64,000 nucleotides of DNA from Leptospira sp. (GCA_034439575.1 JAWXAQ010000007.1:1-64000), one strand, 5' to 3'. Shown: positions 29,872-41,901, numbered from the stretch's first letter. The notes: generated by a model from the letters alone, not told the origin. Numbers and translations are program-made.

Positions 29872-30776
29872 GAAGAACCTGTGGGATCTGTATTTTCCTT
29901 CATCTTTTGAGCAAAGACCAAATATTGCATCGCTTTTTCTGGATTTCCATTGAAGAGATACAAAAGACTTAAATCAAGTGCCTCTTGCGGGTCTGGCGGT
30001 GTAAATTCCTCAGGATTTTCTCGCGATAACTCCAATTTTGTTTGGAATTCTTTTAATTTTTTTTTCGCTGTTCCTTGGATTCTTTTTATACTTTCCTTCG
30101 CCAACTCATCTTCCTCTTGCCAAGCATTGGCCAAAGTTTGATTAAAATTTGTGAATCCAGCATCGGATTTTGTCATTTCAACTAACAGGTTTGCGGAGGC
30201 TTTAAAATTTCCTTGCTTTGCCAATACTTCTGACTGGATCAATTTGAGTTGTGAATTTCCAGGATAGAGAAGAAGGTATCTCTCTAACATACGAAGACTT
30301 TCGGGGTAACGATTCCTTTCGTAATAGAACATAGCCAGCCCTCCTAAAGCTGATTTATGGTTGGGATCAATTTTGATCACATTGTTTAAATAAATTTCTG
30401 TTTTGTCATCATTCTCAAGTTGTTGATATACTTGTGCGAGCAATAGATGGCCTAGCACAAATCGTTTTTCTAAATGTAACGCTTGTTTTAGGAAGTGAAT
30501 GGCCTTTTCATATTCTTTCAAACGATAGAAAGAAACACCAATATTGTAATAATTTTTATACTCAGGATGAATTTTGACTGCTTTCGAAAAATAATCAATC
30601 GCTTGTTTGTGATCACCTTCCTTCGCAAATATTGCACCTATATTTTGATAGGCGAGATAAAATTCAGGATCCAAATTTATAATTTTTTTATATGTCTCTT
30701 TACTTTGATTGTGATTGCCAGATTTTTCTAATCTGACCGCTTCATTGTATAAGGATTGAACTTCCAAGGTTGCCAT
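29868..30776 (-). CDS. Tetratricopeptide repeat protein
   Basis: Repeated AY.NIG / YYNIG...Y..A / DP.H TPR patterns. Confidence 0.85.
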   Translation of the reverse strand: MATLEVQSLYNEAVRLEKSGNHNQSKETYKKIINLDPEFYLAYQNIGAIFAKEGDHKQAIDYFSKAVKIHPEYKNYYNIGVSFYRLKEYEKAIHFLKQALHLEKRFVLGHLLLAQVYQQLENDDKTEIYLNNVIKIDPNHKSALGGLAMFYYERNRYPESLRMLERYLLLYPGNSQLKLIQSEVLAKQGNFKASANLLVEMTKSDAGFTNFNQTLANAWQEEDELAKESIKRIQGTAKKKLKEFQTKLELSRENPEEFTPPDPQEALDLSLLYLFNGNPEKAMQYLVFAQKMKENTDPTGSS

Positions 30777-30883
30777 CACTAGAATTATCGAATTTAATTT
30801 TTGTTTAAGGAAAGAAAAATCTAAAGGAGAATTTAAAAAGTCTCCGAAAAGAAAAGTAAGATTCCAAAAGAAAGGGGATAGTT

Positions 30884-31780
30884 ATGCAAAAGTTTCTTAT
30901 CTTTTCAACCATACTATGGTTAATTTCATGTTCAACTACAGATGCAACAAGGCGCGACTATAGTGCCTCAGGTGACCCTGAAGATATATTTTTTGAACGA
31001 TCCCAAAAAAATCGTTCTGTAAACAATGGGGAAGATCCTGTTGCAAAATCTATCATTGATGATCTTGATTCAAAATCACCAAAGGCTACACAAACAACAG
31101 CTTTGCCTGAAAAAAAAGCTAATACATCAGATAATTTCGATGAAGTTGGCCTTTCATCTTGGTATGGCCTCAAGTTTCAGGGAAGAGCAACGGCAAGTGG
31201 TGAACCATTTGACCGAACAAAACTAACAGGCGCTCATAGAACATTACCTATTGGTTCTATGATCAAAATTCAAAATTTAGAAAATAACAAAGAAGTCGTT
31301 GTGAGAATCAATGACCGTGGCCCTTTTGTTGACGAAAGGATAGTAGATGTTTCAGAAAAAACAGCAGAGATCCTTGAATTTAAAGACAAAGGCGTTACAA
31401 AAGTAGGGATTCGGGTTTTAAAAAAAGGTGAAGGAACTGAAGATTTAGATTCAGATTTAGACGACTCAGATCTATTAGATGACGTTCCCGCCAAACCGGA
31501 AAAACTTTCCCCGATAAAAACAGGAAATCTAAACTCCAAAACTCTAACAGCTGGTAATCCAAAAGGTTATACTGTACAAGTGGGTGTTTTCAAAGAACAA
31601 GAGCGTGCTAATAAGTACAAAGAGACCCTTAAATCAGAGTACAATCAGTCTGTTTTTGTTTATGCTAGGGAAGGAAAGTACGTAGTTCAAGTTGGGGATT
31701 TTACTGATCGAGCCAAAGCTGAAAGTCTAAAAACTAGAATGAAATACGACGGTATTGATTGTTTTATACCGACTAAATAA
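30884..31780 (+). CDS. rlpA: RlpA-family lipoprotein with SPOR domain (MPL36-like)
   Basis: Lipobox LISC; SWYG..F.G..TASGE, AHRTLP, RINDRGPF; SPOR YTVQVG.F. Confidence 0.9.
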   Translation: MQKFLIFSTILWLISCSTTDATRRDYSASGDPEDIFFERSQKNRSVNNGEDPVAKSIIDDLDSKSPKATQTTALPEKKANTSDNFDEVGLSSWYGLKFQGRATASGEPFDRTKLTGAHRTLPIGSMIKIQNLENNKEVVVRINDRGPFVDERIVDVSEKTAEILEFKDKGVTKVGIRVLKKGEGTEDLDSDLDDSDLLDDVPAKPEKLSPIKTGNLNSKTLTAGNPKGYTVQVGVFKEQERANKYKETLKSEYNQSVFVYAREGKYVVQVGDFTDRAKAESLKTRMKYDGIDCFIPTK

Positions 31781-31810
31781 AAAAATGAGTCCCCTTCACT
31801 TGGAATCTAA

Positions 31811-31846
31811 TCCTGGCGGATCAGAAGTTATGCTGATTCGCCAAGA
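31811..31846 (+). terminator. GC-rich stem-loop downstream of rlpA
   Basis: TCCTGGCGGATCAG-N8-CTGATTCGCCAAGA imperfect stem; weak U-tract. Confidence 0.5.
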
Positions 31847-31924
31847 TATTGGAAAATGTATTGCTTTACCAAGTCAACTTGTTACGATTTTGCAGAAACA
31901 CTCTCTTTGCCAGAAGCCCCCAAT

Positions 31925-34900
31925 ATGACTGAAAACATGCTTTCCATCCAACATATTCTTACCAATTATTATACCTTCGGAAGTTTGATCGTAACCGTTC
32001 TCATCGGGATTCTATCGATTTTCTTTCTCACACTAAAAGATAAAACCCAATCAACCAAACACCTTGGATTAGCATGTTTCTTCTTGTCCCTTTTTCAATT
32101 CGGTTATTTAGTCGGTGCCTTTTATTACCATCCTATTGCTGCCTATCATAGATGGTTTACAGGTGGATTTATTTTATTTGGCATCATTCACTTCGGTCAA
32201 TTTTTCTTTCGTTTTCCCAACAACGAAGATAAAAAAATTGCAGATATACTATTATATATAACATATGCGATCGCATCGATCGTTGTTATATGGTTCTTAA
32301 TCCAAACATCTTCTTCAGAAAAAAAATACCACTTCACTGCACACCATTGGGATTTTAACGCAGAAGGTGCGAGTAAACTTTTAGGAATATGTATAGCATT
32401 GTATTCTTTTAAGACATTCATACTATTGCCAGGTTATCGGCTAATAAAAATGGAAAAGGGAAAAAGACGTGCACTAACAACCCTTACTTTAGCCGCTCTT
32501 GTTGCAGCGATCGTGCCTAACATAACAAACGTTATGAGTCGCGATGGAGCGATGGAAAGATCTACTTACCTTACAGCTGTAGTTCTCTTTTTCACTTTAG
32601 CCTTTTTCTTAATTACTCTGGTATTCATCAATGTTAGTACAGAACGTACTACGTTTATGGTAAAGATAGTTGGTATTTCATTTGTAACGATGCTTTTGAT
32701 CATGCAAGCATTCAGTTTCCTTGTAGATAGAGAAAAAGAACTAGCATTTGATAGTTATTCGATTCAAAAATCTCTTCGTGCCCTAGAAGGGGGGGAAAAA
32801 TCGCCGGACATATTGTTTATCTTAGAATATGACAATGCATCACAATCAATTAAAAAGAATCTATACCCAGAAAATATAAATATTGAATTACCTTTAGCCC
32901 AAGTTGACTTATATAATACAGAACTATACATTCAAATAGCAGAGTTACCAGAAAATGGTTTTAGAAAATCACTGACTGATATTCTGAACAAAACTCCTTA
33001 TTATTTTGCAGGTTATAAAAATTTTATCATCGGATTCCTCGAAGAAAATCCAGACATAGAAAATCAAGAACTGAAAGTTGCTATCAATGTTCTATTTGAT
33101 AAACTCAATAAAAGTTCATTCATTAACCACAATAAATTATCTGATATTTCACCTAACAATTTTTGTGAAGAGGGTGCCGCTTATATCAATAAAGTGAAAA
33201 ATGTAAATCCATTTCGCGATGCTATACTTTCTCATTTTAACGAATGTAAATGGGACGATAAAGAAATCTCTCAACATGATCTACGAATTGAATTTTTGAA
33301 ATTCTTTCGCTATTTTAAACCTGATCTTACACGTCACTATAGAAAAGATTTGGATGGCCTGAAACATTATGTTGCCTATATGTCATATGATTCCAAGAAA
33401 AAGGTAATTCGTGAAGTTGGATACGATTATCGCAATTATCGCGAATATATGCATAAGTCGGCGAAACTTGAAATAATCATTCTAGGTGTTGTGCTCGTTG
33501 TCCTATTAGTTATTTTTCCTTTATTCTTCCGCGCAACTCTCGTTAATCCTTTATATAGTTTGCTTGCGGGAGTGGAAAAAGTTAACCAAGGAAATATGGA
33601 AGTTGAAGTTCCCATCCAGGTAAACGATGAGATCGGTTATTTAACTGAGTCTTTCAATGGCATGGTAACATCCATTCGCGATGCCAGAAGAGAACTTCAA
33701 GATTATGCCGAAAATTTGGAAGAAAAAGTCAAAGAAAGAACCAAAGAACTGCAAGAGAAAATGGATGAGATCCATCGCTTGAAAGTACAACAAGATGGTG
33801 ACTACTTCCTTACTTCCCTTCTTGCAAAACCTTTATTTTTTAATGCGAATAAATCATCTAACATCAAATCAGATTTTTTTGTTCATCAAAAAAAGACATT
33901 TGAATTCAGAAATAAAACTGGGGATTTAGGCGGGGACATTTGTATTACTGGAAATTTAAAATTAGGTAATCCTGAAAATTTTACGCGTTATACGATGATC
34001 ATGAACGGTGATGCCATGGGTAAATCCATGCAAGGTGCCGGTGGCTCCCTAGTTATGGGTGTCGTGATGAATTCTATTATGGCACGTTCCGCTGGTAACA
34101 AACGAATTCTCAATCGTACACCAGAAGAATGGCTAACAGACGTTTACGAAGAAGTAAACATGGTATTTAAGTCCTTTAGTGGAACTATGGTTATTTCTGC
34201 AACTATCATGTTGATAGACGATGAAACCGGAAAAATTTGGTATTTCAATGCAGAACACCCTTTTAGTATCCTTTATCGTGATGGTAAAGCCTCCTTCATT
34301 GAAGATGAACTCAAACTTAGAAAACTAGGATTGGATTCAGAATATCCATTCGAAGTGCAAACATTTCAGTTGTTACCTGGTGACAAATTGATTCTGGCAT
34401 CGGATGGTCGCGATGATATCGACCTTACACCTGATGAAGATGTTCGTACTATCAATGAAGATGAATTTTTAGTATTAAAATACGTAGAAGAAGCTAAAGG
34501 CGATATTTACGAAACAGAACGTCTTTTAAAAACTTTAGGGGAACTAACGGATGATATGTCCATGTTATGTATTTCCTTTAAAGAAGAAAAAGTAATCGGA
34601 AGTGGTGGAAAATCAAGCGCATCCAAAATTGAAAAATCTTCAGAGAGTTATTTTGAACCGCCAAAAGACAATTGGGATACTTCCTTAACGGCCGCTGGTG
34701 CTTTTGAAGAAGGTAAAGTATTTTATCAAAATGGTGAAATCGAAAGAGCTATCTCCGTAATGAAAAAAGCTTTTGATGGAGATGCATCAAATCAAAAACT
34801 AAATAAATTTTTAGGTTTAGTGAGTTATAAAGGGAAAGATTACGAAATCGCTTCACAAGTATTAGCTGAATTTTTGAAAGAGAATAGTTCCGTTTCTGAA

Positions 34901-35152
34901 TATTGGTATTATCTTGCTATGTCTGAAAAAAAGCTAGGGAATTATGAGAAGGCTTTAAATGCGGCACATGAAGCATTCAAACTTGATCCAGATAATCTAC
35001 AAAATTTAGTAAATCTTGCAGATGTTAGTAGGTTAATGGGGAATTTTGATCGATCCCTTACCTATGTGACCAGGGCTCAATCGATAGATCCAGAAAATAA
35101 AAACGTACAAAAATTAACAAAATTATTAGAGAAGTCATCTAGCCTCAATTAG
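31925..35152 (+). CDS. Multi-TM HAMP-SpoIIE phosphatase with C-terminal TPRs
   Basis: N-terminal TMs; HAMP (NDEIG.L..SFN.M); GGD, GDAMGK, SDG, DD; TPR tail; start uncertain (31856-31937). Confidence 0.9.
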   Translation: MTENMLSIQHILTNYYTFGSLIVTVLIGILSIFFLTLKDKTQSTKHLGLACFFLSLFQFGYLVGAFYYHPIAAYHRWFTGGFILFGIIHFGQFFFRFPNNEDKKIADILLYITYAIASIVVIWFLIQTSSSEKKYHFTAHHWDFNAEGASKLLGICIALYSFKTFILLPGYRLIKMEKGKRRALTTLTLAALVAAIVPNITNVMSRDGAMERSTYLTAVVLFFTLAFFLITLVFINVSTERTTFMVKIVGISFVTMLLIMQAFSFLVDREKELAFDSYSIQKSLRALEGGEKSPDILFILEYDNASQSIKKNLYPENINIELPLAQVDLYNTELYIQIAELPENGFRKSLTDILNKTPYYFAGYKNFIIGFLEENPDIENQELKVAINVLFDKLNKSSFINHNKLSDISPNNFCEEGAAYINKVKNVNPFRDAILSHFNECKWDDKEISQHDLRIEFLKFFRYFKPDLTRHYRKDLDGLKHYVAYMSYDSKKKVIREVGYDYRNYREYMHKSAKLEIIILGVVLVVLLVIFPLFFRATLVNPLYSLLAGVEKVNQGNMEVEVPIQVNDEIGYLTESFNGMVTSIRDARRELQDYAENLEEKVKERTKELQEKMDEIHRLKVQQDGDYFLTSLLAKPLFFNANKSSNIKSDFFVHQKKTFEFRNKTGDLGGDICITGNLKLGNPENFTRYTMIMNGDAMGKSMQGAGGSLVMGVVMNSIMARSAGNKRILNRTPEEWLTDVYEEVNMVFKSFSGTMVISATIMLIDDETGKIWYFNAEHPFSILYRDGKASFIEDELKLRKLGLDSEYPFEVQTFQLLPGDKLILASDGRDDIDLTPDEDVRTINEDEFLVLKYVEEAKGDIYETERLLKTLGELTDDMSMLCISFKEEKVIGSGGKSSASKIEKSSESYFEPPKDNWDTSLTAAGAFEEGKVFYQNGEIERAISVMKKAFDGDASNQKLNKFLGLVSYKGKDYEIASQVLAEFLKENSSVSEYWYYLAMSEKKLGNYEKALNAAHEAFKLDPDNLQNLVNLADVSRLMGNFDRSLTYVTRAQSIDPENKNVQKLTKLLEKSSSLN

Positions 35153-36594
35153 TTGAGGAGTTTGCTATTCTCTTGAATAGATTTGTTTTCTAAATAAGTT
35201 AAATACTCGTCAAATACCTTGGCGAGCATTACAAATACATCCTGAAGTTTAGCCCTTGCTGTTTTGATTTTTACGTTATCACCAGCCAAGATACCGTCTC
35301 GTATTTCTATTGCAGATTCATGTAAAACTCTGTGTGGTTCTTCGAGTTTATTGTGAATGTATTCTTGGTCTTTATCCAAAACTGAACTTTGATAGTACCA
35401 TAAACCCATTTTGCAAAGTCTATGATTTAGCTGTGGCATGATTACAACATCATTTGTCTCAATGGCCTTATCAACTGCCCTTACCCAATTTATATGATCA
35501 ATGCGTCTTGCAAAAATAAATTCCAATAACCAAATTGAATTTTGGTTCGTCACCATTTTGACTGTATCTTGGATTTTTCCAAATATATCATCAAAATCCT
35601 TTTTAGTTTCCTTACTTTGATCGGAGAGTGATTGCACTTTATAAGAAATACTTGTAGAATCATTGGCTATGTTAGACGATGCCTGTCCCACTTCTTTCAA
35701 TTTATATTTCAATTCATGAAATTCTTGAATCAAATCTTGAATTTTCTTATATGTCGTATTTGATTCATTTTGGTTATCAGAAATTGCAAAATTAATTATT
35801 TCTATCTTTGAGATAATGTTGTTAATAGCTTCGATTCTTTTTTGTGCATTCTCTTGCCAGGATAAGAATCTATTTTTTATATCATTCGTGGAATCTTGAA
35901 TCGTTTTAACAGCTGTTCTAGTATTTTCCGCTAGTTTGGAAACTCCATCAGCGACAACGGCAAATCCCCTACCTTGTTCACCTGCCCTTGCCGCTTCTAT
36001 TGAAGCATTTAATGCAAGTAAGTTGGTTCTATCTGATATATCTTTTACAAGTGAGACATTGTTCGCGATTTGTTCTAAATCTTTAAATAAAAGATTAAAC
36101 TCACTTTGATTTTTTTCATTTTCTTTTTTGATAAATTGGGATTCGGATGAAACTGTAGAGACTTCCTCCGCCGTGACCCCAAGACTATCGACTAAATCTT
36201 TTGTATTTTTACCAGTTTCATCAAAGGTATTAATCGCAGAGTTAACTTGTGAAGCGATACTTTGCAAAACTGCATCTAGCTCTTCAGCACTACTTGCGAG
36301 GTTCAAAGAGATATCACTGAAATTCGTAAGTGATGAAACAAAATTATTTTGAAATTTCTGAATATTTTGCAGGCTGTGGGAACAACCGAGTATGGAAACA
36401 GATATAGAATCTGCAGATTGGACGATATGTTCTCTTAATTTTTTCTGCAATAAAAAGTATCGCTCAACTTCAATCGAAGGAAGAGTCTCGTTAAATTCAT
36501 TTCTGATCAATTGTTGGTTGAGTCGGGTGCGATTTTCTCTTAGATAAGGAGTGAGTTTATCTCTTTTGAGAAAGTGGATGAAGTTCATTAACAT
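35149..36594 (-). CDS. Soluble methyl-accepting chemotaxis protein with C-terminal CZB domain
   Basis: [36 protein letters not shown]; no TM segment. Confidence 0.9.
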   Translation of the reverse strand: MLMNFIHFLKRDKLTPYLRENRTRLNQQLIRNEFNETLPSIEVERYFLLQKKLREHIVQSADSISVSILGCSHSLQNIQKFQNNFVSSLTNFSDISLNLASSAEELDAVLQSIASQVNSAINTFDETGKNTKDLVDSLGVTAEEVSTVSSESQFIKKENEKNQSEFNLLFKDLEQIANNVSLVKDISDRTNLLALNASIEAARAGEQGRGFAVVADGVSKLAENTRTAVKTIQDSTNDIKNRFLSWQENAQKRIEAINNIISKIEIINFAISDNQNESNTTYKKIQDLIQEFHELKYKLKEVGQASSNIANDSTSISYKVQSLSDQSKETKKDFDDIFGKIQDTVKMVTNQNSIWLLEFIFARRIDHINWVRAVDKAIETNDVVIMPQLNHRLCKMGLWYYQSSVLDKDQEYIHNKLEEPHRVLHESAIEIRDGILAGDNVKIKTARAKLQDVFVMLAKVFDEYLTYLENKSIQENSKLLN

Positions 36595-36745
36595 AGGAGA
36601 CTCGTGAATTTTGGAAAATATTACAAAAATTAGAAAGTTTCAAAATTCAGGACCACCAAAAGTACAAAAAACCAGCTTGCCATACTTTTGGCATTTTTGT
36701 ATGATATGGGAATCAAAAAACTCAAAAGATGAGCTAAGGATGAGT

Positions 36746-37270
36746 ATGAATTTTAAACATGCACTTTGTATCGGAATAATCGCGATTGGTTTTTCCCAAT
36801 CGATTTCTGCCCAAGAAGCGGATGCGGCCGTGGGAAAATACATCCCACCTGAAAAAGACTCGGTGATAGAAATTTTTAAATGCGGTGATAAGTACTGCGG
36901 TAAAACGATTTGTATCAAAGACAACGCTTATCCAGAAAAGGACAAAGATAAAGGGGTTCCAGGAACACCTTACTTAGACCACAACAATGAAGATCCAAAG
37001 CTTAGAACTAGACCAAACCTTGGTATGGTTTTCATCACTGGATTTGAATACGTTGGCGAAGGCGTTTATAAAAATGGAAAAATTTATAATCCACGCGATG
37101 GTAAGACATACTGTGGAAAGTTCACTACTTTAGAAGGTGGAAATAAACTGGATTTAAAAGGAACTCTATGTTCACTTTCATTTATCGGAAAGACAAACTC
37201 TTGGGTAAAATTAGCGGGTGTTAACCTGGATGAACCTAGATGGGATTGTGTAGGCAAAGCAAAAAAATAA
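36746..37270 (+). CDS. DUF2147 family exported protein
   Basis: Signal peptide; D..N.DP.LR.RP..G; G.IYNP.DGKTY; TAAGGA RBS. Confidence 0.88.
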   Translation: MNFKHALCIGIIAIGFSQSISAQEADAAVGKYIPPEKDSVIEIFKCGDKYCGKTICIKDNAYPEKDKDKGVPGTPYLDHNNEDPKLRTRPNLGMVFITGFEYVGEGVYKNGKIYNPRDGKTYCGKFTTLEGGNKLDLKGTLCSLSFIGKTNSWVKLAGVNLDEPRWDCVGKAKK

Positions 37271-37280
37271 ACTTTTCTAC

Positions 37281-37310
37281 TCTAACCTGGAAATAATCTT
37301 CCAGGTTAGA
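37281..37310. terminator. Hairpin between convergent genes
   Basis: TCTAACCTGGAA-N6-TTCCAGGTTAGA perfect 12-bp inverted repeat. Confidence 0.75.
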
Positions 37311-37316
37311 TCATCT

Positions 37317-37835
37317 TCACTCAAAATCTTTATAAAGTAATGAGGGTTGGATGCCTTGGTTTGCTTGGTATTTCCCCGATTTGTATTCTTCAATAGCACC
37401 TTCCACTGTATGATAAAAAATCTGGCAGATTTGAACTCCTGAATAAACCCGCAATGGATGTATGACTTGAATCTCAAGTGTCCAAAATCCTTTAAATCCT
37501 ACATCACCAAAACCAGCAGTAATATGTACAAACATACCTAATCTACCAATTGAAGATCTACCTTCTAACATCGGTACGACGTTATGTGTTTCTGTATATT
37601 CCAATGTTCTTCCCAGATAAAGCTTTCCTGGTTCTAACACCAAACCTTCGCTAGGTATTGTGAGTTTTTCTGTAGGATTTGGTTGTTTCATATCAAGGGG
37701 GAATTTTGTATAAACTAACAAATCTTCATGCAAACATAAATTATACGAATTTGGATTTAATAACTTTTCATTGTACGGTTCGATCTTAATGTCATTGCCA
37801 AGGCGTTTTAAAATTTCTTTTCCAGTTAAAATCAC
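37317..37835 (-). CDS. dcd: dCTP deaminase
   Basis: NPNSY, GRSSIGRLG.FVH.TAG..D.GF.G..TLE, KYQ. Confidence 0.95.
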   Translation of the reverse strand: MILTGKEILKRLGNDIKIEPYNEKLLNPNSYNLCLHEDLLVYTKFPLDMKQPNPTEKLTIPSEGLVLEPGKLYLGRTLEYTETHNVVPMLEGRSSIGRLGMFVHITAGFGDVGFKGFWTLEIQVIHPLRVYSGVQICQIFYHTVEGAIEEYKSGKYQANQGIQPSLLYKDFE

Positions 37836-37838
37836 AAA

Positions 37839-38612
37839 TTATTCTCCAAGAAAATTTGGTTTTCTTTTTTCTTTAAATGCAAGTAGTGCTTCCATTCTAT
37901 CTTTCGTGCGAATGGTGTCAAAATAACAAATTCGTTCCCAATCAAGACCACTTTCAATTTCTAAACTCATGGAACCTTTGATCGCTTTTTTTGCCGCACG
38001 GACGGCAATTGGGGCGGATTCCGCAATGTCTTTCGCAATCTTTAACACTTCCAATTCACAACTTTCCGCTGGGAAAATTTCTAAAAATAATCCTTTTTGG
38101 TATGCTTCATGACTAGAAAGTTTTTTACCTCGAAAGATCCATTCCTTAGCGGTTTGCAAACCTACTCTTTGCGCCAATCTTTGCGTTCCGCCAGCACCTG
38201 GTATAATGCCCAATTTGGTTTCTGTGAGACCAACGATCGCATTCTCCGAAGCATAGATCAAATCACAGGAAAGTGCCAGTTCAAGGCCCCCACCAAAGGC
38301 AAAGCCATTCACTAAAGCGATGCTCGGTATGGATAAATTTTCTAAATCTATTAAACAATTTCGAAACTCATTTAAAAAAGCAACGACGTCACTTTCACTC
38401 CAACCAGACCTTTCTTTCAGATCCGCCCCTGCAGAAAATGAATCCCCAGAGCCTTGGATCACCAAAACTCGTGCCTTGGATTTTCCGACAGATTTAATAC
38501 AACCAGCAAATTGAGTTAATAATTCCCTTGATATGGCATTCTTTGCCTCTGGTCGGTTGAATCTTATCAATGCGACATAATCATCAATTATTTGTAGGCT
38601 TACTAGTTCCAT
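37839..38612 (-). CDS. Enoyl-CoA hydratase/isomerase family protein
   Basis: NRP..KNA, FSAGADL, AFGGGLE, E..LGIIPGAGGTQRL; start approximate. Confidence 0.92.
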   Translation of the reverse strand: MELVSLQIIDDYVALIRFNRPEAKNAISRELLTQFAGCIKSVGKSKARVLVIQGSGDSFSAGADLKERSGWSESDVVAFLNEFRNCLIDLENLSIPSIALVNGFAFGGGLELALSCDLIYASENAIVGLTETKLGIIPGAGGTQRLAQRVGLQTAKEWIFRGKKLSSHEAYQKGLFLEIFPAESCELEVLKIAKDIAESAPIAVRAAKKAIKGSMSLEIESGLDWERICYFDTIRTKDRMEALLAFKEKRKPNFLGE

Positions 38613-38687
38613 AGATTTCCATTCCATTGAAAAAATAGAAATGAAATCGTCCAATGAATTCCGATAATTGGATAGGCTCTACCAAAA

Positions 38688-39377
38688 ATGAAGAAATCAA
38701 TTTACTATTTCCTAATTTTGTCCTTTGCCTTCACTGCCTTTTGTTCCAAGGGTAAAGAAGATGATGCACTTGCTGCCTTACTCGTGAGCGCCCCAATTTT
38801 ATCTTCTGTTTCACCTCAAATTGGAACCCCACGTCAAAACAATGAGAATGGAGTTTATGCCGCAACGGATGTCGTCATTAAAGGATCTAATTTTGGAATA
38901 GATACCGTGGTTAGGTTTAATGATGTGGTAGCGACCATTACGGCCAATTTGGGTACGGAACTTTATACATCTGTCCCAGACAATGCGATCTCAGGATACG
39001 TCACTGTATCTAAAAGCGGAGGATCTTGTGTTTCAGGTACGGCCTCAGGACTAAACTGTACAGGCTCTGAATTTTTTATCGATTGTTATACGGCCACTGG
39101 CAAACAACACGGAGACGAAATTGAAATCAAACAAGGCGAAAGTAAAAGTATAGTTTTTAGTGGAGTGCAGACAAAAGCCTTTCGCACAGATCTCATATTA
39201 GGTGCCGCAAATCTAACGATTGGTTGTGATAGTGTAGTTACTGTTCGGTTATTTAGTCCAAGTTGCCAAGCAACAGATTATATTTTACAAAAAGATCCGA
39301 CGATCACTCTAAATCCGAATTCCACATCTCAGTTTTATGTTACCGCTGGCTCAGCCACTTGCGGCTTAACTATCTAA
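38688..39377 (+). CDS. Lipoprotein with IPT/TIG-like Ig domain
   Basis: Lipobox TAFC; ILSSVSP..G...V.IKGSNF...VP; several Cys. Confidence 0.75.
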   Translation: MKKSIYYFLILSFAFTAFCSKGKEDDALAALLVSAPILSSVSPQIGTPRQNNENGVYAATDVVIKGSNFGIDTVVRFNDVVATITANLGTELYTSVPDNAISGYVTVSKSGGSCVSGTASGLNCTGSEFFIDCYTATGKQHGDEIEIKQGESKSIVFSGVQTKAFRTDLILGAANLTIGCDSVVTVRLFSPSCQATDYILQKDPTITLNPNSTSQFYVTAGSATCGLTI

Positions 39378-40885
39378 ATAGATTTATTTTTCACAAACCT
39401 TTTAAATACTATAATGTTGGCCGCACCCATCCAATGATTCATATTTTCTCTAAATAATTCATCAATTCGCTTTGATGCTTTTATTTCTGGGGAAAGTTTT
39501 TCGTATTCAAGCATTGCACGTGCAGAAGCTTCTTTGTATTTTTCTAAGACGACTTCGGCGATTCGTTTAAGTAATGCTAGGTTATTTTTTTCTTCACCAA
39601 CATTTGGTAAAATAATTTTAGTCCAATAGTCAATGACATGTTTCTTAACCACTTCCCCAGGAATGATTCGTGTTACTTTTTTGCCATCTGTAGACTGTAC
39701 ATGCAGATAACCAGTATTAACTTCCATCAGAAATTTTTTAGCGACCATATAAAAATGCGAAGGCCCAATATGAAACAAAAATACCCATTTAAGTTGATTT
39801 GGGATACCAAGGTTCATCATTATAATATTTTCAATAAAATCAAAAAAGTTATTTAAGAAGGTCAAATAATCTATTTCGTATTCTTCTGGAGATTTTAATT
39901 TTCTTTTGATACTAGACATCGATTTAATTAATTCAGATCTTAACATCTGTTCATCGGCACCTAGGTGAATGTCCATACTGATAGTTTGTTTAAAAAAAGC
40001 CTTTTCTGTTAGGTATTTATCAATTTCAAATCGAAAATAGTAATGTTGATCAGAATTCCATGTGTATTTTCCATAAGCTTGGATAAAATTCACGATACCA
40101 TTATTTGGTTTTTCTTCTTGTTTCGGTGGTGCTTTAACGATTGATTTTGCGGCCTTTTCTCTAGGTTGTATATGTTCGTTTTCATCATCCATTATAAATG
40201 GTTTTGAAGGAACTGGGCTCTCATCTTCTTGACTACTCGCGAGATTACTTTGGTATAAATTTTCAGAAAAAACTGCTGAAAGTTTATATTGTACATTTTC
40301 ACGGAACTTCGGTTTGGTGCTTCTTGATTCAAAAATAGATTTTGTATTTTCAATCCCTAATACAAATCCCATTCTCTTAACAAAAATTGCCAAATGTTCT
40401 AATCGCTCCAAAAATGGGTTGATGCGAAAATTTAACAATGCTTCTTCTTTAAAAATTGGATCTGTAAATTTCGCTTCTATAATGGATCTTTTGATATCAG
40501 ACCAACTAGCCTTGGAATCGATAGTAAAGTTTCTTAACATCTCAAATATCAAATGGAATTGGACAAAGTCGGTGCGCGGACCATCCACATAACCACCTTG
40601 GAAATAACGTGAGTATTCCTTTTTGACCATAGGATACATATGCTTTTCATCTAAATTGAAAATGATATCTTTCAGTCGTTTTTGACTGGAATTCAATTCG
40701 ATATCGATCGCCTTGCGATAAGGAAGAAGATCGCGTTTATTTTGTTCGGAGATGCTACCAGCAGTGACGAACTGGAGAAAACTAGCTATAAGGGTTTGGA
40801 GGCTTGTGAGAAAGTAGACGTATCCTTTGCGGAAGTCTTTAATAGATTCTAGTTCAACCGTGTCCTCTTGGGTTGCTTCGTGCAT
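39374..40885 (-). CDS. Hypothetical protein (503 aa)
   Basis: Long ORF with AGAA/ATG context; no family recognised. Confidence 0.7.
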   Translation of the reverse strand: MHEATQEDTVELESIKDFRKGYVYFLTSLQTLIASFLQFVTAGSISEQNKRDLLPYRKAIDIELNSSQKRLKDIIFNLDEKHMYPMVKKEYSRYFQGGYVDGPRTDFVQFHLIFEMLRNFTIDSKASWSDIKRSIIEAKFTDPIFKEEALLNFRINPFLERLEHLAIFVKRMGFVLGIENTKSIFESRSTKPKFRENVQYKLSAVFSENLYQSNLASSQEDESPVPSKPFIMDDENEHIQPREKAAKSIVKAPPKQEEKPNNGIVNFIQAYGKYTWNSDQHYYFRFEIDKYLTEKAFFKQTISMDIHLGADEQMLRSELIKSMSSIKRKLKSPEEYEIDYLTFLNNFFDFIENIIMMNLGIPNQLKWVFLFHIGPSHFYMVAKKFLMEVNTGYLHVQSTDGKKVTRIIPGEVVKKHVIDYWTKIILPNVGEEKNNLALLKRIAEVVLEKYKEASARAMLEYEKLSPEIKASKRIDELFRENMNHWMGAANIIVFKRFVKNKSI

Positions 40886-40928
40886 GCCAAAAGGACAATA
40901 AAGGATGTTTTTAAAAAATCAACACGAA

Positions 40929-41279
40929 TTAGTTTTCGTAATAAATCTCTATTAAATTTTGGCTAGGGTCTGTGAAGGTTAAACTTTCGCCGTTATCAGT
41001 TCCTTCTGGTCCCTTAACGATTTTTACGTTTTTCTCTTCTAACTCAGAGATAGCTTCCGTGAAATCGTCCACATCCATCACAAAACTGATGACAGGCATA
41101 GACTGATCTTTTGGCGCAGTTTTTACCAGGCGAATTTTGAATGAATCTAAAGATAATATGGCTTCAGAATCTTTCTTAGTTTCCACCTCGAAATCAAAAA
41201 TTTCCCGATAAAACTCTATCGATGCTTCGAGCTGGGAAACGGGAATATTGACGTGGCCTATGCCTTCTACGATGATCAT
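40929..41279 (-). CDS. VOC/glyoxalase family protein
   Basis: GHV.IPV..LE.S..FY; F.DP..N.IE. Confidence 0.88.
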   Translation of the reverse strand: MIIVEGIGHVNIPVSQLEASIEFYREIFDFEVETKKDSEAILSLDSFKIRLVKTAPKDQSMPVISFVMDVDDFTEAISELEEKNVKIVKGPEGTDNGESLTFTDPSQNLIEIYYEN

Positions 41280-41421
41280 GTTCTTTCTATACCTTGATGG
41301 ACTTTTCTGTCATCATGCTTGAAAATCCGGCTTTGTCGAGAAAAAAGCAATAGTAAATCTTCTCGGAAACAACTTAAAAATTAGGTTCCAAAGCCTTGGT
41401 ATATATTTTTTGATAAGAAAA

Positions 41422-41892
41422 ATGAAAGTTTTTTCCCTTCTTTTATCAATTTCGCTTTTTTTTCTCGGATCTTGCGGCAAAAAAATTCAACCAATTACCG
41501 ACGAAGAATTGGCCTTAATCTCAAAAATTTTTATAGAAAATCAAAAAGTGCACGAAGATCTTCTAGGTGATCCTCCTAAGATTTCTACGTTGTTACTCAA
41601 ACAGAGCATAGACGAACTTCTGAAATCCAAGAATGATAGAATTTTGGAATGGCATAAAAAACTAAGCGTTGCACTTCCTAAAGAGACAAAAGTTTTGGAT
41701 GATTCATTTGAAGGACTTTCAAAATTTGCGATAGTCCTCACTGAAATCAAAAAGGAAGTAAATCTTCCAGAAAATTACCAACAATTTTACTGCCCTATGG
41801 TTGATAAATACTGGGTTTCAAAAGATCAAACGATTAGAAATCCTTATGCGCCTGAAATGCGTGATTGTGGCGAAATTATCACAGAACAATGA
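41422..41892 (+). CDS. Lipoprotein with DUF3347-associated metal-binding-like motif
   Basis: Lipobox LGSC; YCPM...W......NPY...M..CG. Confidence 0.75.
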   Translation: MKVFSLLLSISLFFLGSCGKKIQPITDEELALISKIFIENQKVHEDLLGDPPKISTLLLKQSIDELLKSKNDRILEWHKKLSVALPKETKVLDDSFEGLSKFAIVLTEIKKEVNLPENYQQFYCPMVDKYWVSKDQTIRNPYAPEMRDCGEIITEQ

Positions 41893-41901
41893 TTAGAATA
41901 A

